Assembly (NCBI GenBank): GCA_016748015.1
Contig: JAAOMT010000703.1
Coordinates: forward strand, 928,255-992,254
Direction: 5' to 3'
Source: Geosiphon pyriformis uo1
Lineage: Eukaryota > Fungi > Glomeromycota
DNA: 64,000 nt
How positions within the stretch are numbered: the stretch's first letter is position 1; each line of letters opens with the position of its first letter. The notes below the pieces were generated by a model, which was not told the origin of the DNA, ran no database searches, and worked only from the letters and a program-made list of their open reading frames with translations. The position numbers and the translations under genes were made by a program. Positions 11,759 to 23,278 of this stretch are shown one piece after another.

Positions 11759-12510
11759 TTAATCTTAGATTACAGCAAAAATGATTTAACAACCATAAAA
11801 ACGCATGCAAAAGATTCCAAAATAACATTCAAAATTAAAACAATGATACTTATTCCAGAAAACATCAACAATATAACTTAACAATTAGTTGAAAGCTTAT
11901 AACAATTAAAATCTGATCTAGAAATTACAGTTAATAGCTCCAAAATAACATACATAAAAAGAACAATAGAAAATCCAAAAACAAGAAAAGAACATAATTT
12001 CGAACCATATAATATTGCCAAATATAACAACAAATTTATTAGCAAAGTTATTGAAAAATTAGAGATAGCATTGGGCAATACATTAATAATAGAAGAAATA
12101 GAAATAAGTGAATTAACACCAGACATATTTAGCAACTTGAAAACAAAATTTTCAATTAATTACTGTTATTATCAACTAAGAAAGCACTTGAACATACAAA
12201 CATTATACTCAAAAGACTTAACTAGAGTGTTTGACAAAACAACTATCCAACTATTAGAACCTTTCATTGGAAAAACCAACACTACATTCCATTCAAAAAC
12301 AGTTTACAGAATTTTCAAAACATTTGAAAACTGTCACAAATTATTGTTGGACCCAACCATGAACATAATAACAACCAACAGTATTGGACGACTTACCAAC
12401 TCGCAATTTTAAGAATTACAACAACAAATTAATAACACAGTATTGAACCACTATAGTAACTTAGAATTTAATGAAGAAATTAACTTCAATTTCGACAGAG
12501 CTCAATCTTG
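11759..12510 (+). pseudogene. G1 post-integrase domain/ORF3 (~250 codons, in integrase frame, unknown function)
   Basis: In frame with IN with three internal TAA stops; ends FDRAQS* at the PPT; clearly homologous to G2 51080-51760. Confidence 0.75.
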
Positions 12511-12524
12511 AAAGGAGGGGATAA
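12510..12524 (+). promoter_or_regulatory. G1 polypurine tract
   Basis: GAAAGGAGGGGATAA immediately before the 3' LTR TG. Confidence 0.9.
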
Positions 12525-13184
12525 TGTTATGGTTTAAGAATTTAGCAAAAAGAATCATAAAAATAATACAAACTATTCAATCATAATATAGCACAGTAAT
12601 AATCTTAGAAAGGTAATGATTAACATAGTAGCAAACACCATCTCGCAATAGTGGCAAGCACCAGTTCACAATAGCAGCCAACACCAACTGGNNNNNNNNN
12701 NNNNNNNNNNNNNNNATATTTAAAACGGAACTATCACAACCCAAAGTATTAAGAAACTTACTTGTATTATTTATTGAATGAAACTATCATTCATCAACTG
12801 AATCCCTTGGAAGAATAATCCTTGATCAAGATTATTCACGTTGTTACTAATTGATAAAAGCTTTATTGTAAGAATTAGAAAAGCGCTAAAGATCATTAAC
12901 ATTCTGTGTTTCTAGATTAGAAAAACACATCAGGCAATTGCAAGAATAGCCTCAGAGAAGACCCCAGACAGTGGTAGATTTCAGTTCAGCCTCTGAGAAG
13001 GAGTACATAAACACACACAACAATTAAGAATTAAAGAATAACTTATATCACAACAGTAAAAAGAAAGCCTTCAGTGTAACAGTGACATTATCACACAAAT
13101 AGAATTGAGGAACTCACGAAAGACTAATTGCAATTAAAGCGGGATATCAGCAATTAAATATAACAAGAAAACCATCCTGTAACA
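12525..13184 (+). repeat. G1 3' LTR (24-N gap at 12692-12715 replaces ~230 bp)
   Basis: TGTTATGG...CCTGTAACA; aligns to the 5' LTR with 22 transitions and one 1-bp indel by manual count. Confidence 0.96.
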
Positions 13185-15795
13185 TCGGTGTCAAAATGCT
13201 CACTAACATCCAAAATACCATGATGTACAACTGTATTGGCCAAACTTGAAAAAACAAACACATAATCAATTATTTTTGAGACATCTTGAAAATTGCTCCA
13301 TATTAGTACCTTCATGAATAAGCTCCCACTCAAAAAATTAACCAGACCAAAATCAGAGCATTTCTTGAAACTAGTGCATTTGTAAGATCCATTTTCATTG
13401 AAATCACCACCCAAGATGACAAAAGAGGACTCATTTACAGCCTTTGCAATCAAAAAGTTGATTTTACCTGCCTGAGTGAAACAGACAGCCAGGGAAGCAC
13501 CAGCATAAAGCCCCAAAATTGACATTGACAGCTTATTTTTGAAAAACAACTTGATAGAAAAAACCCAACTAGACACCTCAGAAATTTTACACACATGACA
13601 AGCCAAAGAGATGTTCATAATTATGGCCACCTCAGCACCAAGAAAACTTATATCCAAACCAGAAGTAAAAACCCAAACACCATCAAACTTATCTTTAATC
13701 CACAGTCTACAGCTAGACTTTAATTTTGTTTCCATAACAATCAAGACCAAATTTTCTGATTTCTTATGCCAATGAACAACATTTTACTGCTTAGCAGGGA
13801 CATTGATATTTTGAACATTGCACATAGCAATTTTCTAAACCAAATCCATCATTGAGAAGAATAAATAACAAAAACTGAACCAGCATTGTCTATTTTAGCC
13901 AAAAGACTCATAACTGTAATCAAAAAATTGTTCAATATTTCCTCTATTTTTGATATAACTGCAGGATCAAAAACCACCACTCCTACAACAGCCTCACCAC
14001 CAGTGGCCACATCCGAACTTTCACTCATTACTATATTCGCTCTTTGATTTTGTGATGAAAAGTTCACCAATGACTGACATCTAAGGCTAAGCTGGAAAAC
14101 TGTCAGCCCAGGTGCTTCCAATCTCTTAGCCAGCTCATTCACATGTTCTGCGAGGCTGACGAGACTGCACTCAAGAGCAGCAAACCTATCATTCAACACC
14201 AGAGACACATGCAAGATAGGCTTCATCTCCAAAGAGAAGCCATTATTCAACAAAACATTCTGAACAGAGAAAGGAGAAAAGGAAAGCCCAACAACAATCT
14301 TGGCCCATGAAACACTACCAAAGAAGACAAAACGAGAAACTGGCACCAAACATTTGGTGTAAATGGCTGCCAGTCTGTTTTTGTCCACATTTGAAAGAAC
14401 CCAACATAACAAGCTACCAGAAGAAATCTTCCCACCAGAAGCACAGTTCAGAGAAATGTGACTCACCTTATCACACTTAACACACACAGCAGAATCAAGA
14501 TGAGACCAACAAAAATGAGCACCCCTTAACACAGAAATGGTATCCATGATGGCATCCAATAATTCAGCTGACCCAAAACAAACAATAGCACACCTGGCTC
14601 GAGCATATGTGATTGGATGACAATCAATCACACAAGTTTTCTCATCCACAGAACCAATATAATTCCAGATATTATAAGCATTGGTTTCCACAGGAAGAGT
14701 ATAAAGCAGTGTCTTATACAGATCCTTAGAGTCCCACATTTGTTTATCAAGATCAGCTCTGACCACACAAACAACATCTTTCTCAATAAGGATAGACTAT
14801 CTGGAAGCCAAAAGATCAGCCTGATTCTGATCTTCAAATTTGACAATTGCTTTCTGTCATAGGCCCACTAGTTGTATCTTGACTGATTTAATTATCCCAA
14901 ATTCAGAAAGTACAGCACACACAGCCTCAACTAATGTTCTAACAGAAATTTTTTTCACCACCACAGCCTGATCTGAACACCCAGATGATTTTTTAAGATT
15001 GGTGTTTATTAGAATCTTCACATCAGTAGTCAACTTGGTAGCTTTTACTAAACTCAATTTGGAAGTAAACATTGCTCTAATGACTTCAGCAAATTTTGAG
15101 GGGGTAGAGATCTCCCCAAAACCATTAATTTTTGAAAATAGTTTTCTGATTACCACAAGCTTTTTCTGGGTGGATTTCTCAACAACATTGTCCAAATTGA
15201 TGTCCAGAGTAAAAGATTTTCTAACAAAAACATTGATCAAATTTTTCAAAAAAAGGGGAGAGAATCATAGGTTTGTTTAAGAGAATGTTATCATCATCAT
15301 CATTATCACCCAAGAAATCAATTTTTCCCAGCAGTTTGCCAAGTGCTCTTTTAGTTTGAATCTTTGAGTTCTTAGAAGTTTGTTCTAAGTCTCTACCAAC
15401 AGTAGCACTACCTTCACCAAAATCAAAGCTGGTTTCCTCAACTAAACATTCCTTTTCCATATTCACACTATTGAATTCAGTAGTATTACCAGTTTCAGAA
15501 CTCCAAGAATGACTACTCGATACCTTAGCAGCAGTGAATTTTTTATTACCAATATTATCTTCCAAAACACCACTTCTTCTCTTCTTTTTGGACTCAGCAG
15601 ACTTGACACCAATGTTAAAGCTAGGCTCTATAATAGACTTGTTCAGAACTGCAATACTAGGGCCAATAGTGGCCTTGTAATCAAGCATAAATGGTTTGGA
15701 AGTAGTGTACTGAATGATAAAAACAGAAAAAACTTCTTTTTAAAAAAATATTTTGGCTCTTTTTTGGGAATTTGAGATAAACGAGAGAAAGAAGT
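13185..15795 (-). mobile_element. LINE copy A, 5' part: 5' UTR, ORF1 (15688-13849; RRM-like + CCHC) and APE endonuclease of ORF2
   Basis: Removing G1 and one TSD restores FDTDYQAVSVS (homologue FDTNHQAVSVS at 44.4 kb). APE motifs ETKL, GGDFN, IDYVF; ORF1 knuckle CVKCDKVSHISLNC; family 5' terminus ACTTCTTTCT at 15795. Confidence 0.93.
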
Positions 15796-16355
15796 TTTTT
15801 TCTAAAAAAAAACATAAATATTATATAGCTATTAAATTAATATCAAGTTTATTATTAAATTAAACAAAGTAAAAAATCAAATAACATAATTTAAATTGAA
15901 AATAACTAGACTTTTATACAATATATTTTAAATATTACAAGTAAATTTTTTTTATTCAATAATATTTTAATTAATAATAACAAAATAATAACTATTTTTA
16001 TTAATAAAAAGTTAAAAATACTTTTTTATGTATTAATAATATATTTATATTTATTATATAAAAAAAACACAAATATTTGAACATTTTTTTGTGAATAAAC
16101 AATTTTTTTAAACTTAGTTTAAAAAAATTTTATTTAAATATCAAATTTCTTATTAATATAATTTTTAAAAAAAATTATCTTATATAAACAATTTTTTTAC
16201 TTAATTATAGTAGTTTTACAACTTATTATAAGTTATTAATCTTAGTTTGGTTTTATTTTAAGAAAAGTTTATAATAAATAAAATATGTTAATTAAAAAAA
16301 TATTCAAATTTAAAACCAGTTTATTTAAAAAAATTTTAACTAATATATTATATTA

Positions 16356-18830
16356 TTATTTTTTTATATAATTTTAAAGTTTAATAAATATGCCCCAACC
16401 ACTACCTAATATTTTGGAACAAATTAAGTATTCCAAACTAAGTATAATTTATATGCTTTTTATATGTAACCAGCTATTTAAGCCAATTTAAGCTATATTA
16501 TACTAATAACTTACAAGAAAACTTGTCCAAAGTAGATATTTTTTGAACTATATTAAATAAAATAAGACTACTAGAAACCAATTCAACAAGCCACTTAGCT
16601 GTTTTTATGAGACTAAACTTAACTTCAAAAAATTCGAATTTCCAGAATGTTATTAATTTACTAAATATTTTATTATTCATTTCAACTGGAATTCCAAAAT
16701 TAACAAACATATTAATATCTTTTATGTTATATTCTGTCTTTAATACTACCATCTTTTTTTCCAACTTATTAACAAATTTGCTAAAAGTACTCAAATATAT
16801 CATAAGTTTATTGATTTTGTTTTTAAACTTGCTGTTTAATACAAGATTATTCTTAACAAATTGTTCAAAAGTAGTTACCAATACACTAACAGACTTAACA
16901 ATAAAACCAACTAAAATTAACAACTTTTTTTTGGCCAAATTAAATTTCTAGTTGAGACAAAATCAAAGAATTATCCTTAATCTCAGAAAAAAAAATAGTA
17001 ATTACCAATAAAAAAAATTCAAAAGAGCCCAAAAGAACAGATATTTTAATATAAAACTTCATATTCACAAAACATAAATCAAATATCTTAGAAGTCTTAG
17101 AAAGAAGAGACAGAGAAACTTTATAATCTACAATTAGATGGCCTATTTTTTAATACTTAAAACAGCATTAACAACTAGAAGTTTCTTACCAGATATAACA
17201 TTTTTTTAGTGTACTAGTTTTAACAATAGCAGCATTCAAATTGACTTGAAATCCAAATATAACCAGAACAAACTGAGAACAATAATCAAAATTAGAAGAA
17301 CAAAGAATAAAACATATTTAATTACCAACCTAAAAAATCATATTACTGATTTCAAAAGCAGTATAGCCAAAAGAAAAATTAATCAACTTGGTCTTAAACT
17401 TATTACAAAACAAAATAGTCTTATTATAATTTATTAAAAAAAAGATTTTAACATTATTTTTGTCCACTAGAACTAACTAATAATTCAAAGCAAACACAAT
17501 AGAATTTAGTTTATTAAAATGAACAATCATATATTACTAAATACCAGCAGACTTTAATACAACACAAGTAACTTTACCAAATACACTAAGAGCTGTTTTG
17601 ATATTAACAACAAATACATCCAAAGACACATTATACAGTATAATAGCAGCAGAAAGAAAACCAAACTCAGAAACTATCAATAACTTGGCAATTTTAAGAG
17701 TGACTAAACAAACAAAGCTTATAAACTCAACCAAAAAAGCAAAGTTTAAAGACTTTTGAAAAGCAAACTTTACATAAAAGAGCTTCATATTGTCTTTTGA
17801 TACTGATTTTACATCCAAAAAATCATATACAAACTAAAAAACAGTCTTAACATAAGCCAATTTAATCTTAAAAGTTGCATCAAGCACCAAAGTAGAGGCC
17901 ATTCACCCAGCAAACTTTTAACAACTAATAATAGTTTCTTAAGTACCATTAATAATAGCACTAGAAATCAATAAAAAAAAGATTCAGTTTCTATTTGGTC
18001 AGACCAGTTTTTAAAAACAGATGACTTTACAGAAGATAATTGTTTTGCTTTTAAAATTGGTAATAATCTGTTGAAAAACACCATATTTGGCAATACAGCC
18101 AGTGGTTGATTTTGGCTTATCTGTTTTCATTTTTTAAATCTTTGGTTTTTTTAACCATATTTTTTAAAAAGATGGTGCTAGTAACACCAAATATAGAAAC
18201 TATAAAGAGAAAAACCAGCTTGTTGACTGGTCTGTTATTAAAAACTTTTGGGCTCTTAGATAAAATAAAGACAACACTAGAACTAACCTAAGTGTGTTTC
18301 TTTGAAAAAACTTTGACTGATAAAAAACCAGCCAAAGATGAAAAAAATGTTTCAATAGTTACCAAAAACAGCTTTTCATAATTATTAGATAAGAAGAAAG
18401 CTTCTAAAACGTTTTGTATAGTTGCTTTTACAACAAAAAAAACTTTTCTGGTTAAAATTTTATTAAAAATTTCAAGAAAAACATTAAATATAGCTTTTTT
18501 ACTCTTTGCTTTAGTCATAATTATAAAATTAAAATTAATATTAATTATTAATATTAATAATATTTTAAAATGGTTTTTTAACTATTTTTCTTTGAATTTG
18601 TAAATTTTTGATTAAATATTTAAAAATTTATTATAGTATTTTTTTAAATTGTATATTAATTTTTTAAATAATTTTTTAATTAAAATTATAAAATTTTTTA
18701 AATTGTAATATTTGTTATAAAAACAATTTGTTTAATGCTTTTTGCTTTTTCAATGGTATTTTTATGTCTGTTATTTTAACTAATTTTGAATATTTTAAAA
18801 TAATTTGGTTTTTAAAAAATTTTAATAAAA
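16356..18830 (-). mobile_element. ORF1-only non-autonomous LINE-like element (HAL1-like) carrying the LINE 3' tail; eroded
   Basis: Fragmented ORF (~18770/18518 to 16498) with an RRM-like segment homologous to LINE ORF1 (NIKTALSVFGKVTCVVLKSAGI), an eroded knuckle (CCFKY*KIGHLIVDY) and a coiled coil. Stop at 16498 is followed directly by the family 3' UTR and A-rich tail; no APE/RT. 5' boundary approximate. Confidence 0.7.
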
Positions 18831-21800
18831 TTTTTTTTTACAAGTAATACTTAAATATAATTTAGTATTATATATCAAACTATTTAATTTAAATTAAGTA
18901 TAAATTATGTACTTTTTATATGTAATTAGCTATCTAGACCAGTTAAAACAACACTATATATTTATTTTAATATCAATAAAACTATTAATATCTGCAAAAA
19001 ATAAACATAATTTACATAACCCAAAACAAATATTAAAAGACTTAAAAATTTTTAAAAGTTATATAATACTATTAAAAAACATTAATAAAAAACTACAAAT
19101 TATCAAAAGCACAAAACCATTACAGAATATTAAATTTTTTTTTACAATTGCTTTATATTTAAATTAAACCAATTATATTTTATCATAATAAAAATGTTTA
19201 AATTATATACAAAATTTACTATTTTGACAATAGTCAATTTGGAATTTTTAATAACTAAAAGAGTTTTCATGTATTAATTTTTAAACACACAATTTTTTTT
19301 TAAAATAATATAAATAATATTATTAAATATATAAATTAACAATAATTATAATACACATAATAAAAACCAGTCAAAATTAAACATAAACTTTTACAACACT
19401 ATATGTAATTTTAGTAAACTTTTATGAAAATTAAAATTTATTTTATAAAAGAAAAAATAATCTAACAATTTAATTTTTTTATAATATAAACACAGAATAC
19501 TAAAATATTTTCTATTATATAAATATTTATAAATAATAATAAACAAACAGTAATACAGAAATTTTATGTAATATAAATACAAATTAATTATAATTTTATT
19601 TATATAGCCAACTGTTATATAAAAATTCAGATGTTAAATTAAAAAAAACTTAATTAAATTAATATTTTTTAACAAAGTTTTATTTATAACTATAATATTT
19701 GGCTTAGTTTTTTATTAAACATAACCAACAAACTTGAAAACATTACAAATAAAATAATAAATATTATCAAAAACAGTTATATTATCAATTTTAATATATA
19801 TTTTTTTAATACAAACAAAAAATACAAAGCTTAAATAAAAGATAACAAATTTGTTTGTTAATTATTTTATTATTTATAATATTTAAATATTTTTTATTTT
19901 AAACCATTTAATTTAAAGACTCTTTTTTTTAATTAAATTTATTATGTAATATTTTTTCAGTTAGTATTAACTGTATAAATTTGGAATTGTTAAATTCAAT
20001 TTAAACAAACAAATATTTAGTATAAGTTAATTATTCAAGTAGATTACAATACAACTAAAGACAAAAATATATCAAAAAAAAATACAGTTGCTTATAGTTT
20101 AGCCAAAAAAAAACCAAATCATTAATTTTAATAATTATTAAAAAATAATTTTTAATAAAATAAAACTTATNNNNNNNNNNNNNNNNNNNNTAGCACTAGA
20201 AATCAATAAAAAAAAGATTCAGTTTCTATTTGGTCAGACCAGTTTTTAAAAACAGATGACTTTACAGAAGATAATTGTTTTGCTTTTAAAATTGGTAATA
20301 ATCTGTTGAAAAACACCATATTTGGCAATACAGCCAGTGGTTGATTTTGGCTTATCTGTTTTCATTTTTTAAATCTTTGGTTTTTTTAACCATATTTTTT
20401 AAAAAGATGGTGCTAGTAACACCAAATATAGAAACTATAAAGAGAAAAACCAGCTTGTTGACTGGTCTGTTATTAAAAACTTTTGGGCTCTTAGATAAAA
20501 TAAAGACAACACTAGAACTAACCTAAGTGTGTTTCTTTGAAAAAACTTTGACTGATAAAAAACCAGCCAAAGATGAAAAAAATGTTTCAATAGTTACCAA
20601 AAACAGCTTTTCATAATTATTAGATAAGAAGAAAGCTTCTAAAACGTTTTGTATAGTTGCTTTTACAACAAAAAAAACTTTTCTGGTTAAAATTTTATTA
20701 AAAATTTCAAGAAAAACATTAAATATAGCTTTTTTACTCTTTGCTTTAGTCATAATTATAAAATTAAAATTAATATTAATTATTAATATTAATAATATTT
20801 TAAAATGGTTTTTTAACTATTTTTCTTTGAATTTGTAAATTTTTGATTAAATATTTAAAAATTTATTATAGTATTTTTTTAAATTGTATATTAATTTTTT
20901 AAATAATTTTTTAATTAAAATTATAAAATTTTTTAAATTGTAATATTTGTTATAAAAACAATTTGTTTAATGCTTTTTGCTTTTTCAATGGTATTTTTAT
21001 GTCTGTTATTTTAACTAATTTTGAATATTTTAAAATAATTTGGTTTTTAAAAAATTTTAATAAAATTTTTTTTTACAAGTAATACTTAAATATAATTTAG
21101 TATTATATATCAAACTATTTAATTTAAATTAAGTATAAATTATGTACTTTTTATATGTAATTAGCTATCTAGACCAGTTAAAACAACACTATATATTTAT
21201 TTTAATATCAATAAAACTATTAATATCTGCAAAAAATAAACATAATTTACATAACCCAAAACAAATATTAAAAGACTTAAAAATTTTTAAAAGTTATATA
21301 ATACTATTAAAAAACATTAATAAAAAACTACAAATTATCAAAAGCACAAAACCATTACAGAATATTAAATTTTTTTTTACAATTGCTTTATATTTAAATT
21401 AAACCAATTATATTTTATCATAATAAAAATGTTTAAATTATATACAAAATTTACTATTTTGACAATAGTCAATTTGGAATTTTTAATAACTAAAAGAGTT
21501 TTCATGTATTAATTTTTAAACACACAATTTTTTTTTAAAATAATATAAATAATATTATTAAATATATAAATTAACAATAATTATAATACACATAATAAAA
21601 ACCAGTCAAAATTAAACATAAACTTTTACAACACTATATGTAATTTTAGTAAACTTTTATGAAAATTAAAATTTATTTTATAAAAGAAAAAATAATCTAA
21701 CAATTTAATTTTTTTATAATATAAACACAGAATACTAAAATATTTTCTATTATATAAATATTTATAAATAATAATAAACAAACAGTAATACAGAAATTTT

Positions 21801-22405
21801 ATGTAATATAAATACAAATTAATTATAATTTTATTTATATAGCCAACTGTTATATAAAAATTCAGATGTTAAATTAAAAAAAACTTAATTAAATTAATAT
21901 TTTTTAACAAAGTTTTATTTATAACTATAATATTTGGCTTAGTTTTTTATTAAACATAACCAACAAACTTGAAAACATTACAAATAAAATAATAAATATT
22001 ATCAAAAACAGTTATATTATCAATTTTAATATATATTTTTTTAATACAAACAAAAAATACAAAGCTTAAATAAAAGATAACAAATTTGTTTGTTAATTAT
22101 TTTATTATTTATAATATTTAAATATTTTTTATTTTAAACCATTTAATTTAAAGACTCTTTTTTTTAATTAAATTTATTATGTAATATTTTTTCAGTTAGT
22201 ATTAACTGTATAAATTTGGAATTGTTAAATTCAATTTAAACAAACAAATATTTAGTATAAGTTAATTATTCAAGTAGATTACAATACAACTAAAGACAAA
22301 AATATATCAAAAAAAAATACAGTTGCTTATAGTTTAGCCAAAAAAAAACCAAATCATTAATTTTAATAATTATTAAAAAATAATTTTTAATAAAATAAAA
22401 CTTAT
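17956..22405. repeat. Exact 2215-bp duplication (17956-20170 = 20191-22405) flanking a 20-N gap; probable scaffolding artefact
   Basis: Identical sequence and identical ORF calls offset by 2235 bp; both copies abut the gap. Confidence 0.9.
18830..20170 (-). mobile_element. Hypermutated LINE relic (3' UTR + ORF2 C-terminus); repeated from 21065 in the duplicated copy
   Basis: 18880-18960 is the eroded family 3' UTR; 19445-19580 aligns to the CLYC...SDH/RLPVAVRKRLY region of LINE C (40870-41000) mostly via C>T and G>A changes. Confidence 0.75.
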
Positions 22406-23278
22406 TAAAATCTAAAATACTTAAAAACAATTTGTAATATATAACAAAAAAATTGTTAAAAAAAGTTTTATAATTTAAAAAGCCAAGCTTTTATTAAATA
22501 ATTATTAAACAAAAGATGTTGTTTTAATTAAAAATTTTATTATTATTAAAAAAAACTTGATTTAAAAGAATTTGTATTTATATAATTTTTAACATTAATA
22601 AAATTTTTAGATAATAATATATTATGTATTATTATGTATATTCCAATTTTATTTATCTTTATTATAGCAAAATATATAATTTTTGTAATTTTTTAACAAT
22701 ATAATTAAACTTTTATAATTTTTAATAAAGTAATTTATAATATTATTTTGTTATATTTAGTATAATTATTAGTGTTTTAGCTTATTTTAATGTTTTAGAT
22801 TTAAGTATTAATATTAAGATTAATAGTATATTTTTATTAATAATAGTTAAATTATAAATTATAACTTTAATGCTTAAATGTATTTTTTTTTAATAATATA
22901 ATTATTAATTTAAATAATTAAGTGGTTTTAAATACTTGTATTAATAAAATATATTTAATAATATTAAATTATAGAAGCTATTGCTAAATAAATAAAAAAT
23001 ATTATAAATATTATTAAAAAAAAGTTGTTGGTTATTTAATCTAAGATTAAAAATTATTTTGAAGTTTTTAGTAATAATTATGCTAATAAGAATACTAAAT
23101 ACATTTATATATTATTATTTTATTTAAAACATATATAAAGCTATTAAAAAACAAAAAACTTCTTTCTTTCCTACATCCCAAATTCCCCAAAGAGCATGTT
23201 TTTGAAAATAGTTTCTTTGTTTTTTGTTTTTTCTACTTGCTATATTTTACTATTTCTCTTACAAATAATCCATTTATT

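Larger units (their letters stand above)
3693..13184 (+). mobile_element. Ty3/Gypsy LTR retrotransposon G1, full length, inactivated by stops
   Basis: TG...CA LTRs at 3693-4559 and 12525-13184; PBS; PPT; 4-bp TSD TCAG (3689-3692)/TCGG (13185-13188); domain order gag-PR-Cys cassette-dUTPase-RT-RNaseH-IN. Confidence 0.97.

Noticed and set aside
11442-12135. Hydrophobic minus-strand ORFs resembling membrane proteins (also 51685-52344 on +)
   Set aside because: Antisense shadows of A-rich Gypsy coding strands; no conservation between G1 and G2 in those frames was evident.
11759-12510. env gene after integrase
   Set aside because: No signal peptide, furin site or transmembrane anchor is visible; kept as an unknown domain.
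12692-12715. Apparent ~200-bp deletion in the G1 3' LTR
   Set aside because: The missing segment coincides with an N gap, so the length difference is not evidence of deletion.
18907-19582. Short I/K/L/F/Y/N-rich ORFs in AT-rich tracts (also 34894-35155, 49502-49693, 50172-50360)
   Set aside because: Composition is what C/G-depleted DNA yields by chance; no motifs, and several overlap TE relics.
17956-22405. 2.2 kb perfect tandem duplication as a biological segmental duplication
   Set aside because: No differences seen despite heavy local mutation, and both copies end exactly at a 20-N gap: typical of overlapping contig ends.
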